A stretch of DNA of 64,000 bases from Phoronis australis (lineage: Eukaryota > Animalia > Phoronida). The position numbers and the translations under genes were made by a program. Shown piece by piece: positions 1 through 12,500 of the stretch; position 1 is the first letter of the stretch, and the number at the start of each line of letters is the position of its first letter. The stretch covers positions 1,085,588 to 1,149,587 of the forward strand of contig NMRA01000043.1 in NCBI GenBank assembly GCA_002633005.1, written 5' to 3'. The notes under the pieces were generated by a model. The model saw nothing but the letters and a program-made list of their open reading frames with translations. It did no database searches and was not told the DNA's origin.

Positions 1-634
1 TTTGCACTCGATTTACTTTTAATTGATTTCTTACTCTCCGACTTTTTTACCTTACTTTTGCTAGCCTTTGATTTCAATGACTTTTTACTTTCTTTTTTTT
101 CAGCTTTCTTGACTTTTGGAGACGCCTTTTTCTGTTCTTTTTTTCCTTTTGGAGACTTACTTTTCTTCTTATCTTTCGGCATAGTGCCAAACTGGCAATG
201 CCCCAAAAAGACTTGGACTTCCTATCCAAAAATTGCCAGGTGTTCTGACTTACACGCTTGCATGGTGACGTCATCATGACAATCGGTTGTTAATTTCAGT
301 AATGTTTTGAGACAGTTTACTCAATGCCCGTGTAGTTGTTAAGTTTGAGTTAAAACAAGTCGATTAACCTTAACTTGAGCTTACGAGACTTCACTAAACT
401 GCTAATAAGCTTTCGAATGAGTTGACTTTGGTGCGTGACGGTATAATGATTATGATAAGGAGTGAGCTTACACCGTCGCGAAGCACAGTGGCAACAGAAG
501 ACATGAAATTCTTTCGTTGGCACAAAAACAACTGAGCCAGGTCCGTAGGAAGCGGGGGAGGGGGGGAGGGGGGCGGGAGGGGCACGGCCCCCCAAAAAAA
601 TTTTCATGCATCAGGGTTAAACCGTGGCAACCGA

Positions 635-816
635 CATAGGCGTGGTGCCGGGGACAGTCGAGAAAAGAAAGAAGGATCCAGGATTTTGAGCTGGGGAGGG
701 GGGGTGGGGCAGAGTATTAGCCAGTGTTTTGCCCGTCAGACATTCGCACCCCCGGACTGCCAAATGTAATCTAGGAGAATTTTTGGGAGGCCATGGCCCC
801 TCTAAATCCGCCACTG
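635..816 (-). mobile_element. GC-rich MITE copy (CAGTGGCGGAT family)
   Basis: Reverse-complement match to the element at 6062-6218; ends ...AAATCCGCCACTG. Confidence 0.7.
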
Positions 817-1847
817 ATTACTTGATAAAAATTGATGACCTGACAGATACCATTAATTGCTGCGCATTTCCTGATATTTGACAATATAGATATTTTCATA
901 TTTAGGGGCCCTGCCCTTGAAGGAGGCCATTGATGGCATTCAAGTGGCCACCCTTTTTGTGTTTTCAGTGACAAATTCTTAAGGGGCCGCTCACGGAGAG
1001 AGGGCTCAATGATGGAATCGATTACCTCTATTTTCCTTTTTTTGTAAACTCGTGCAACCGGTTTTCATGTTGAAGGAGGTCACTCTCTGCATCGTTTTGA
1101 GACCACACGACGGTGGAATGCACTGTCACTCTTTTTTCCACGCTTAATGATGTTTAGCCTTTCATCTTTAAGGTGTCCCATTTCAGGCGGTACCCTCTCT
1201 CGGTGGAACAGTTCGGGGGGAAATGTCCCTTTGGCCCTCTATACATGTAAATCCGACACTGCCAAGTATTCACGATGGAAGTTGAGATTTCAAATTCATC
1301 AAAAAAAAAACACAAAACATTCGTGCACAACACAGCCATTTCACCCAAACAATCAAAAATTTGGAAAAATTCAATAGGGTCGCCACCATCGAAAGGGTGG
1401 AATTTTGAAGAACGTGAAGACCACAATTCCTGAATTACACAAAAGGACTATTTCTGATGGTTAGTTATAAAATAATGTTACTTTTTCCCGTAGTATCACA
1501 AGAATAGTACATCTTTTGTAGCTGGCTACTATGAGTTGTTTGTAAGGAATTCCCACATGTGCAAAACACTGCTGGGCTACTATTTGTGATGACCGTGAAC
1601 ATGTCGAAAGGGGGTACTCAAAGAACTCTCGCAATCATAAACAAAGATTTGAGCGTTTTTTGTTTCGTCAGTAGAGTTCAAGTTTACCTCGTGAACCGTT
1701 ATAGGTACCTCTGAAATGAGCAAAAATACACCTTTTAAGGCTACCCGTCAAGAGTCTGAAAGCATGCATGCGGAAATTGCTTATAACATTCCGTTGGTTT
1801 CAGAATTACTTGTTTATGTATCTACAAAAATCTATAGATTCATAGGT

Positions 1848-2680
1848 TTTTAATTTTTTATAAACATTTTATTTCTAAATACACTAAGATATACAGCAAC
1901 GAGGTATATGCAAATGGAACACAGACACACACGCACACACACACCCACGCACATAACTAAATAATACAACTTCACGGTTGATCTAATCTAAATAAGTATT
2001 GAGGGTTTCCCAAAAGGCAGTTTTACGGGGTTGCATATTTCTTACATTACAATAATTATACAAGAACCATTGAAATTGTAAATATCTAGGAACAATCTGA
2101 CCTCTAGAGCATTTATAAATGAAATACTGACATATAGTTAAAACAGTATTTTAGAACATCTTCGAAATTACATCCAAAATATGCTGTCAAAATAACATTT
2201 TTATCTAAGATTAAATCGTGTTGTGCAGTTACATATATCAAAAGTTTCTGAATTCCACACCAACAAGTTTTCATAGAACCACATTCCACAAACAAATGGT
2301 TAAAAGTTTCAACAGTTCCATAACAGTTCCATAGATTCATTGGCAATTAGAAGCTAATCTTGTAAGAATTGATGATGTTTCAGTGAATTTGATTGCAGCG
2401 TGAATTTGGAAAAATTCTATAATTCGATCCACAAATAGTAAAGTACACTTATACACGATTTTGCTTATCAAAAATATCTCTCAAAGACATTGATGAAATT
2501 CGGACTCACAAACAGTAGATAGAAAAAACATTTTAAAAATCCCAAAGTCAATGAAATTAAACTCATTGCTTGGAAAGTTTGCCTTTGCACTTCCTTAGTG
2601 TTTTTAGTTTCCAGTAGTATTGAGCAATGAATTTTTGTTCTTCCAAACTGAATTGATTGCTTGTCCTGATTCGCGTGCAC
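1848..2680 (-). mobile_element. 3' end of a degenerate L1/Tx1-type LINE
   Basis: Minus-strand ORF carries the zf-RVT-like motif NCYGTVETFNHLFVEC...W, followed by AATAAA and an A-rich tail near 1848-1875. Confidence 0.7.
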
Positions 2681-3144
2681 GTCATGACTGACGTACCCAC
2701 GTTAAAAATAAGATGTAACCATGCAGTAGGCCAGCGCAGAATCTCAGTGATCCACGGGAACTGAATTTGAACTCCAGGCGTTCAGGAAGTGTGTACATTT
2801 TTGGGACACACTAACCTTTTCCCCAGGAACCAGAAACTGGACTACCGGTCGTGTTTCAACTAGTCATTCTGAAACAGCCCCAAAGACACTATACCACGAA
2901 CTTTGGGACCTCACCTTTCAAAAAATCTCCTTCAAAGAATGACCATAATATCGGTTTGTGGTAAAGTCAGCCTACTTTAGTTTTAAGAAACAATAGTCCT
3001 CTTCCTAGTCTGTGTCTCTAGAATACGTGAGCTCAGTACCAGTGACACTCGATACTTATTTGTCGCTCAAGCGACAATATATGCCAAGTGCGACAATTTG
3101 CAAAGAGAAAGAGAGAGTTTCCCTCAAGCAGGGACATAACTTGT

Positions 3145-4269
3145 GGGGTTGCCGGTTTCATGAAAAGTGTCCAAATATTTTTTGTCCAGTTAAGAACAAA
3201 GACGAAAATTCATAAAAGACCGGCATGAACACGACGTCCAGTTTGTCTCCGGATTTAACTTATACAAAAAGTCGGGTAGAGTTCAATAGGTAGAAAATCT
3301 TGTCAAAATCACATGGTCTCATATGAAAATACATAACAATGTATCGCAGAATTTCACAAGATATTAGTGTCACTGAATTCGACCCACGTTTGTGAGCTTA
3401 CAAACTACGCGAACTGACATAACTACGCAAGGCAGTGGTGAAATACGGTTTCAAGAATAATCTTGGCCTTAGAAAGCTTTCACACTGGAGTATTGTTATC
3501 ACGTGCCGTGAGTTTGGTCAGCTCTTGGTTCTCAATTGTTGATTGTCACGTGTTCTTAGGTATTTTCTTTGCTATCCAATCTCGTGTTTCAGTTCCGGGC
3601 CAACTTCTTGATGACGGCCACGTTGACGCACGTCCTAAAACTTACCATTTTACCCACCCTCTACCATCCCCCTTTTCGGTATTTTCTCGTACCTCATTCT
3701 AGTCGGCGCCTTTTAATACCCATTTTACCAGAGATCGTTATTTTTTACTTATTTATTCCTAGTAATTTCGTCATAATAAAAGACCCGATATCGCCTGCTT
3801 CAATCTTCTTTTCATCTCTGGTAACGTTCTTGCGATGGGGATTTATTTACAACATTTTAGATACAGCTAGGATTTCGTTTACGTGCGAAGACTCTGGTTT
3901 GGCTGGAAAATATTTCACTGACCTGTGCAGATAAGTTGCACCGCCGCATTGTCTCTATCAGCATGTGCCGCTTTGTCGGTTTTGGAATCGAAATCAGACG
4001 ACTCTCAATTTGACATTATGAAGGGACATAACTTTGTGAAAAATATGAACAAAATTTGTTTCAGTTTGCAGTGATGATGGTCGTAAATTTTAGTCATTAA
4101 GACCAAAGTCAAGCCTGAGGGTAAATTCCGGTCTTAGCTTAGAACGATGTTCGGCTTAATTTTGGTCTTAGACATTTAATGAAACGGGGATCATAAAATA
4201 TTTTGGTCTTAGGGTAGCCCGATTTCGGTTTAAGATAAGACAGACAAAATTTCGTGAAATGAGCCTCTG
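3145..4269. mobile_element. Degenerate non-autonomous DNA element, PIF/Harbinger-like ends
   Basis: Imperfect terminal inverted repeats GGGG..CCGGTTTCATGAAA and TTTCGTGAAATGAGCCTC, with TTAAGAC/GTCTTAG subterminal motifs. Confidence 0.35.
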
Positions 4270-4498
4270 GGGGTGTCGAGAATGTTACTGCGGCCTCAAG
4301 AAATGTCACCAAACAGAGGAAATGTTGGACATGGAATAAAAAGTTGGGTAAAAAGTGTCTTTTAAATAAATAAGAGTTTCCGAATTTTAAAAGTTAATAC
4401 GGTTTAATGTGGACTTTTTGACCTTCCGCGACATGAATTACTGCGCTGCCAACCTCAGATTCAGAGTGCGATCACACAGGATAATCTGCCGTTAAGAT

Positions 4499-4746
4499 CC
4501 ATCTTGTCCTGATCTTATCAATCAGCACTGTCAGTGCACGTGCGCATTTATCATAAGTGGCCATCTTGTCCTGATCTTATCAATCAGCACTGTCAGTGCA
4601 CGTGCGCATTTATCATAAGTGGCCATCTTGTCCTGATCTTATCAATCAGCACTGTGAGTGCTTGTGCGCATTTATCATAAGTGGCCATCTTGTCCTGATC
4701 TTATCAATCAGCACTGTGAGTGCATGTGCGCATTTATCATAAGTGG
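4499..4746. repeat. 62-bp tandem repeat, 4 copies
   Basis: CCATCTTGTCCTGATCTTATCAATCAGCACTGTCAGTGCACGTGCGCATTTATCATAAGTGG starting at 4499, 4561, 4623 and 4685. Confidence 0.97.
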
Positions 4747-6061
4747 GAGGGATAATATAAACTCTGTGGTGACTAAAGAGTTTTTCCTCAATGCGTATTT
4801 CAAAAATAGTGAGTTTTGTAACACCTCTTTATTTGTCTGTAAGTAATCCTCTCCAACACCTAACTATTTCATGGTATTAAAATACCATGAAATAGGTATT
4901 TTGGTTATACACATATCACGTGGGGAGTATGCAAACATGTTGACTTCATTTTGCTGTAAAATGTCTGAGAATAGACTCTCTGACTCTATCATACATAGCC
5001 TTAGTTTTGCCACGCTTAGTTGTAATGTAAAAATAGTCTCAGATCCAGTTTAGTATAAAAAGCGCAAAGTTCAGCTGCGCGGGCTCTTTTACATGCACAT
5101 AGACATTCAAGTATCGATTTTATCCATTCCACCGGGGGCTGGCTCAAATTTTGGATAGAGATTACCATTTGTATATGTATGTATTTAGCTATGTTCAAAT
5201 GTCTCCATGGCATGACACCTGAGTATTTTTGTGACATAATCAAATTAGTAAACCAGGCTCATAGGTCTAGTGACAGTGCCAGTTATATTCATAAAACCAG
5301 AACTAATTGTGGTAAACACTCATTTTACATTGTGTTGCCTTGATATGGAACAATCTCGAAAGTGTTGTTCCTCAAAATAATTCTATTATGTTTTCAAGTC
5401 TAGGTACCTGGGAATGATATATGTAGTGAAATTTTACTCCTTTGTGTCAATTTTTAATTGTTTATATTAATTCTTCTTATACTGTCTTATTAATTAGATT
5501 TTTAATATTATTTCTTATGGGAGACCAGTTGTATTATTGAGCAGAATTGATAATGAATAAACATATCTTACAATTTTCGTTAGCACTCGGCCATTCTGCC
5601 GAATGTTGGAAATAACAAGATTCAACCCGTCGTCAATCAAAAAATTCACGAAGATTCGCCGCTTTTCGGAATATCGGCCCTTCAGACCACGCTGAGGGAA
5701 TTTCAAAGTTTCAGACTTTAGGCACTTCCAACTACCGAACCAACCGTTGATCTCTAGACTTAGATGTGCGTAGTTTTTGCCTGCGCTAGAAATGACCCCT
5801 CGAAATGTTTTGAGCATGGGAACATTCAAAAACTTTGTTAGATCATACTTCAATTTACTGTCTACATTTGGCACCAACTCAGTGACATACTAACAGCGGA
5901 CGGCGAAAATTGAAGTGCCGGGAAAAAATTCGAGCCCTAACAATTTTCTCAGTGTTCCATTTCATTCTGTCATCTTCTACTTTCCAGGTCGAACGCTTGT
6001 CCACTGAGGCGTTTGAAATGACATCAATAATTATAGAAGTCTTGAAACCTACCCACCATAT

Positions 6062-6218
6062 CAGTGGCGGATTTAGAGGGGGGCCTAGGGGGCCATGGCC
6101 TCCCTAAAATTCTCCCAGATTCCATTTGGCAATACGGGGGTGCGAATGTCTGTCGGGAAAAGTCCTAGCTAATACTCTGCCCTAGCCACCCTCACTCAAA
6201 ATCCTGGATCCGCCCCTG
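6062..6218 (+). mobile_element. MITE, CAGTGGCGGAT...ATCCGCCCCTG, 5-bp TSD CATAT
   Basis: Terminal inverted repeats with direct repeat CATAT at 6057-6061 and 6219-6223. Confidence 0.85.
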
Positions 6219-6501
6219 CATATAGGCAAATTTGTGTTCGGCGCCAAATATATAGTCATTATACTCTAGGGCAAACCAGCCGTGTGGCTTAAACTCCGTA
6301 CACAATCGGGGTGTAACTTAGTGTAACAATTTGCCTGACCTAGAAGAAGCTGGTATGACTTAAAAACCTTGGATTCGACTTATCTTGTATAAAGACTGAG
6401 TGTGAAAACCGTCACTTTTGTCACCCTGCGCCTGCATGATGATCGAGCCTGACTGTAAATAATAATCATCTAAATGTTATTGTACAGTTAACTTGCACTT
6501 T

Positions 6502-6667
6502 CAGGGGCGGATCCATGATATTTTTAAAGGGGGGCGGGGGGGCTTATCCGGCCAGGATTTTTTAAAAATGGCGGCCAAGTCAACAATTTGAAAATTCTAG
6601 ATAATCAGTAAAATTAAGGTAAAAGAGGGGCATGGATCACCTTACTCCTCCCTGGAATCCGTTCATG
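6502..6667 (+). mobile_element. MITE of the same superfamily, 5-bp TSD ACTTT
   Basis: CAGGGGCGGATCC...GGAATCCGTTCATG flanked by ACTTT on both sides. Confidence 0.75.
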
Positions 6668-6769
6668 ACTTTTCTTCTAATATTTGTTTTATTGTTTTTA
6701 CCCCACACCTAACGAACGTTTCAGTCACTTTAGTCGGCTTCCCGACAGTGCACCTATTTCTCACGCNAC

Positions 6770-6920
6770 GTCTCACTACAGCGCCATCTAGCAAACGATT
6801 TACCAACCATTATCAATAATAAAATGTTCACATGACAAAGCACATGATCAATCCGCAGCCGGTGTTCGTGCCCAGATCTTAAAATCGCGAGTCTGAACGA
6901 AGTCGAAGATTGACGTGAGT
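6770..6920 (+). promoter_or_regulatory. Putative NAGA promoter and non-coding first exon
   Basis: CpG-enriched patch ending in donor GAC|GTGAGT at 6914/6915, which could pair with the acceptor at 9747 upstream of the ATG. A CTCF-like CAGCGCCATCTAGC lies at ~6779-6792. Confidence 0.45.
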
Positions 6921-7463
6921 AATTAAGGTTATGTGCCACTTATATAGAAATGTCATACTTTGTCTAACTTCAGAATATCATATATCAGAAATGTGGTGAA
7001 TCTGCACTGACTACAACTAAAGGGAGCCAAGACTATAGCTAGGCCTCCAATCCAATCACGACAATCACGTAAGCGGAGGGCAGGTCTTACTCTTGAGTCT
7101 TAGACTTAAAGTGCTAATATATGAAATATATGTCATACTCATCAGCTGCCTGGTTATCAGGCAATTACATCGCCCCGAATGCCGAAGGTAAACCAGATAA
7201 TTGACCAACCAACCGAGGGGCTAGCGTATACCTGGTTCTGGTTATCGCCAACGCAGCCTTGCCTGGTACTGGTAGGCCTACTGTTGATACTGATAGTCCG
7301 AGTCTGAGCGTGATGAGGAAATTTAGAGCAAACATAAAATGCTTGATTCGCCATGGACAGGCAGGGATCAGCCAAGTGATCCAGTTGACTCAGAAACCCC
7401 TTGAACCACATTTGTAAACTGCAGTTGTGCGGTTTTGGCAATTGGTTAGCCAAGCGGCAAACG

Positions 7464-7587
7464 TGGGCACTAGTCGGATATAATGGACCGGGATTTAGAG
7501 AACCAGGCAATCAGTGAATAACGGCCGTTATTTAGCAGATGAAACTGGTTCTCTAAATCAGCACCCATCAAATCCGACTAGTGCCCA
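7464..7587. repeat. ~124-bp imperfect palindrome, part of a dispersed repeat
   Basis: Arms TGGGCACTAGTCGGAT/ATCCGACTAGTGCCCA and GATTTAGAGAACCAG/CTGGTTCTCTAAATC. The core recurs at ~16183-16242. Confidence 0.8.
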
Positions 7588-8299
7588 AACCTCCGGCAAA
7601 AAGTATGCGTTGGCTTTGCCATCGAAGTGAAACTGAACATGATCAATGGATTTCTCGTCGGTCATATCGTTCACTACAACACAGCATTGAAACTTTTTAA
7701 AGAACACCACCCAGTTACCATCACAGGCATCCTCAGCTTCTGATCCCCCAATACACCATATACCTATAATACTACCTTTTTAGTGTATTGGGGATGATCA
7801 GAAGCTGAGGACGCCTGTGGTTACCATGGCCATCGAATGACATCGACTGTGGTGCGCTTGAGAAGGTGGATCCATGGGGTGCTGGTGGAGTAAGGCATGT
7901 CTGACAATCTGTGATGCACGGTGGTCGTGTAAGAAGCACGTCTTACCTTACAATAATACAAAAGTTGTTCCTAATGCTATGTGTCAGTTCAGTGGTCAGC
8001 AGATCGAGTGCTACTCCTCGCACCAGCACATGTATTGCCTGCTGAAGGTCGCTGAATATTCATATTGCGCCCTTATTGGCCAGCATCATCGTATGGGCCG
8101 GAACAGCCAACGCCGACAGCCTCCAAAACGAACAACATTCATCTTTCGATGCTGAGAGGGGGTGCGCATGACAGAAGGCCTATGCAACAGTGAGACATGG
8201 GTAGGCTTGGGCTTAGGCTATTCGTAGCCTCTCGGCTGGTTGATATACCTTACAGTGTCTAGTATGGGCGATGTACCCTTGCCTAAGAAGCGCGGGCTT

Positions 8300-8613
8300 G
8301 TAGCAGCAGCAGCAGCAGTAGCTGTAGCAGTGGCAGTAGCTGTAGCAGTAGCTGTAGCTGTAGCTGTAGCAGTGGCAGTAGCTGTAGCAGTAGTAGTAGC
8401 TGTAGCTGTAGCAGTGGCAGTAGCTGTAGCAGTAGCAGTAGCTGTAGCAGTAGCAGTAGCAGCAGCAGGAGTAGCTGTGGCAGTGGCAGTAGCTGTAGCA
8501 GTAGCAGTAGCAGTAGCTGTAGCAGTAGCAGTAGCAGTAGCTGTAGCAGTAGCAGCAGCAGCAGCAGCAGCAGTAGCTGTACCAGTAGCTGTAGCAGTAG
8601 CTGTACCAGTAGT
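8300..8613. repeat. Compound (GCA/GTA/GCT) tri- and hexanucleotide microsatellite
   Basis: Arrays of GTAGCA, GTAGCT and GTGGCA. Confidence 0.97.
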
Positions 8614-8865
8614 AACAGTGTTTTTGAGATTTCTGTTTGAATATTTCTATTAAGCTGAATGTGTTATATATCTTTTTGATACCCGTTATGCTATCAATGT
8701 ACCTTTCTTTTGTCTTTATTTTACTTAACGACTTGACCGACTTGGTGACCCAATTATGGTAGCACACTGGTAATACATAAGTCAGAAATCAGATTTCATA
8801 GTCTTTCTATACTTTCTGAGAATATAATTGTGTACTTTTACCAAATTAAAATCTATAGTTTTGTA

Positions 8866-9304
8866 TATATTGTCAGTGATGGCCTACATGACCTTCATAC
8901 ATATTGTCAGTGATGACCTACATGACCTTCGTACATATTGTCAGTGACAGCCTACATGACCTTGGTACATATTGTCAGTGATGGCTTACATAACCTTCGT
9001 ACATATTGTCAGTGATGGCCTACATGACCTCGGTACATATTGTCAGTGATGGCCTACACGACCTTGGTACATATTGTCAGTGATGGCCTACATGACCTTC
9101 GTACATATTGTCAGTGATGGCCTACATGACCTTTGTACATATTGTCAGTGATGGCCTACATGACTTTCGTACATATTGTCAGTGATGGCCTACGTGGCCT
9201 TTGTACTTATTGTCAGTGATGGCCTACATGGCCTTTGTACATATTGTCAGTGATGGCCTACATGACCTTTGTACATAATGTTAGTGATGGCCTACGTGAC
9301 CTTT
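8866..9304. repeat. 34-bp minisatellite, ~13 copies
   Basis: Unit CATATTGTCAGTGATGGCCTACATGACCTTCGTA, head-to-tail with no spacers. Confidence 0.97.
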
Positions 9305-9792
9305 AGCTAACTTCAATGCGAGTGCTCACTTCAGCCCTTATGTTATATATATTATTAACTTATAATTTTGGAGAGGTGTGTGAGCGCAACCCTCAATTTT
9401 GGGTCGTAAACAAGCTGACGGTGCTCTCACTCGTGCCTGTGAAAATTAGGCCAGAAGCAGTGTTTATGTATCATGACAGCTTATCTTGGTCTATGTAAAA
9501 GAGGCTAAAATATCCCATGGGTTAGACAGTGCTAACCAAAGTTGTGAATGTACTTATGGTAGAAGATCATAAGAGCCTCTTTGCAATTGCACTTTGATCT
9601 GATTGATCCCTGACTGTGGTGATGCGAGTTTGATTCCTTAGCGTGCTTCAACCAGCTTGTTGTGCTGAATCATCAACTCGTCATTTGCTTGTAAGAAGAC
9701 TTGTAGCTTTGTGAAATCACCTTATATGGGCATGTATTAACTCACAGGCGAGGATTTCGCAACTTTCTTCATCTGTTGACACATTGACACCA

Positions 9793-9950
9793 ATGGCAAT
9801 ACTGAGCCAGTTCTTCATCACACTAGTGGTTGCAAGATATGTCACTGGACTGGACAATGGGCTGGCAAGGACGCCACCTATGGGTTGGATGGCATGGGAA
9901 CGATTCCGATGTAACACAGACTGCAAGAATGACCCTGATAATTGTTTAAG
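9793..9950 (+). CDS. NAGA: alpha-N-acetylgalactosaminidase (GH27), coding exon 1: signal peptide plus [19 protein letters not shown]
   Basis: ATG at 9793 is followed by a hydrophobic signal peptide and the GH27 N-terminal motif [23 protein letters not shown]. Upstream acceptor ctcacag ends at 9747. Donor AG|GTTGGT at 9950, phase 2. Confidence 0.95.
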
Positions 9951-10257
9951 GTTGGTGCAAAACTGATGCGTGCTCATAACGAGTTTCTGTTAAAGTTTAC
10001 AGCCATTATATGCAACGTGTTTGAGAATTGTGCCACCTCTCTTCATAATTTCTCAAGGCGTCATGGCTTTAGTTACAGTAACTTGTTATCATTGTGGAAT
10101 TGTGTGATACTGTCAATTTGGATAGAGTTTTGAACGGGCTTTCAGATGACGTTTTTCATTTTTCGCTAGGACGTCTACTTTTTGAATTATTCAAGATTTT
10201 CTGATAGCGCTGTTCCTTTATTGAGTGCTCTGGCCGCATTAATGTTGGTTTAGCATC

Positions 10258-12500
10258 TATTGAACAAGACTGTAGCCTATTTCTTACTGATTTATGGCAT
10301 CTAAGTATGTCATATGAATATTATGATGTTGCTCAGCACCATCACTGTCGTCATCATGTTCATCATCTTCATCATCATCTCCGTCGTCGTCTTTTCAGTT
10401 AATTTCGCCAAGTGTCGCTTAAGATTGTAGCCTATGCTTACTGATTTCTGGCCTCTACATTCGGCTTGTGAATGTTATCATTATTTGTCCTCTTCGTCAT
10501 CATCTCTATCATCAACTTTTCTGTTAATTTCGCCAAGTGTCGGTCCTTGGAGCTCTTTCATTTTTTGTTTGCACTCTACAGGTCGCAATTTTCGTCGGAT
10601 CCACATGAAATTTACGCACAACTTGTAGGTTCGAAAGTGCTGGAAGCCTATTGTTTTTGTCATGATCGGATCCAAGATGGCAGATGTGGCGGCCATTTTG
10701 TTTCTAATTTCAGATTCAAATGTTCATAGAGGCCGCATTTTTTGACATACTGAGCTGAAATTCGGCACAAATATGAAACTATACAGGTACTACAAGTATG
10801 CATGAAATTATGCACTTCCGATCAAAGATGGCAGAAATATAGGCCACAGCGCATGCACACTTTGATTTTGAGTAAAAAAAATTTTGTCCTGTACATAGCA
10901 CAATATCAGCTTAATTGCTTTGAAACTTCTCATGCCTTACAATATTCTACTTATACATACCAAATATATGTACAAAATCATTATGATCTTGATTTTGTGG
11001 CATTTTTTGCGTGTGAGTTGGAGCAAGCACGCCACTTTCTGTCATTTGGTCACTTTCCGTCTAATAACTAAAAATCTGGTCCATGTATTAAAAAACCCTG
11101 GCACGCGATTTTGCTTCAGTCCTACAGGATTTCAAATTTGCAAATTTTGTAAAAATTGACCTACGTGTTGCGGAAAAATAGGCCCGAGAATCTTGTCACT
11201 AACGTGAAGTCACGAGCCGAGAAAAGCAGCTTGAAGTTAAGCAGGCTTCGGTTGCTACTTGAGGTCAAAATTCGTTCAGAATGCACGGTCATTATGTTCC
11301 AATTTTTGTTGATGTTCTAGAAATAAAGCTGATATTTACTTCATGTTTAGAAAATGTGACATACCTGTTTTTTTATAGCATAATTTTAATCATTTTTGTG
11401 AACTTGTGGAGCATGGCAGACGACCAAAACGAATATGGCTGTCACGTGGGCGGAGCTTAGCGTTGATCTATTGTCTGCTGTACTGGTGTGCTGACCACAC
11501 ATTAAAACCATGTGATGATTGTTTATGCGACTAGTGAACTCTCCACTCAGAGTGGTATAAGACTCTAACTGTGTTACATAAACCTATTTGTTAGTATTCC
11601 AATATTATATGTAGTTACCATCTCTTCATCAACCAATACATGTGTTATATCAAATCGCCGCAAAACTGTCTACATAACAATATTGGCGACGAGGATAAAG
11701 AACTACTTTCATCGTATTGGTTCAACATTTTCATGTGCCTCTACCGCCAACATTTTGACCGAATAGACTTTGGTATGAGAAAATAGCACTTTCAGCACAA
11801 AAAGCGTCGCTTGGGTGATATTCTCAAGTTACCAAAGTTTCTTATATTGCTTTCCACTAAAATCGTATAAAATCATGAGTTTTAATTCAGGGATACGTTT
11901 GAATCTATGCACGAGAACAATTTTGTTATGTTGGACACTAGGTCATTTCTCTAATTCTTTGGGTTACGGCCGGCGGCAAGTTAAAAAATCCCCTGAGTTT
12001 GGCAGCCTAGTTTCTCCATGGGTCGTTAATTCCTAGCACAGAAGCACGGTTTATCTCCAACAACTCTACCCTCACGGCATGTAGTTGGATTTTCAGAATG
12101 GTTTTATTTTTCTTCAGTATACTGTGCATGAAGAATTGAAGATTAGGATGATTTAAAAATGTAAAAACAGTCAAAATTATTTTTTTTTTGTGTATCCACC
12201 TACCTTAAGCTGCTATTGAAGAAGAGAGTAACTTATTTCTTACTGATTTCTGACATCTACGTTCGTCATATGAATGTTATCGTGTTGTTCATCATCATAA
12301 TCATCGTCGTCATCATCTTCATCGTCCTCGATATCTCCATTGTTGTCTTTTCAGTTAATTTTGCCGTGCAAGACTGTAGCCTATTTCTTACTGATTTCTT
12401 ATATCTTAGCTAGTCATAGGAATGCCGTCGTGTTGTTTATACTTGCCACCTTCATTATCATAACCATCATCGTCGTCTGTTCCGTAAATTTCGCCAAGTG
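10258..12500 (+). repeat. ~155-bp repeat unit present four times in two clusters within NAGA intron 1
   Basis: AAGACTGTAGCCTATTTCTTACTGATTT...(CAT/CGT)n...CAGTTAATTTCGCCAAGTG at ~10260, ~10420, ~12215 and ~12370. Confidence 0.75.
11511..11694 (+). mobile_element. Short Ty3/Gypsy-type 5' LTR with primer-binding site (truncated element)
   Basis: TGTGATG...CATAACA (TG...CA, 169 bp) followed after 4 nt by TGGCGACGAGG, a typical Gypsy PBS. Confidence 0.65.

Noticed and set aside
8213-8767. Poly-Ala/Val and Cys/Tyr-rich ORFs
   Set aside because: They are translations of a microsatellite, with no splice or domain support.
8866-9304. 34-bp array as a CRISPR
   Set aside because: Units are head-to-tail with no unique spacers, there are no cas genes, and the context is eukaryotic.
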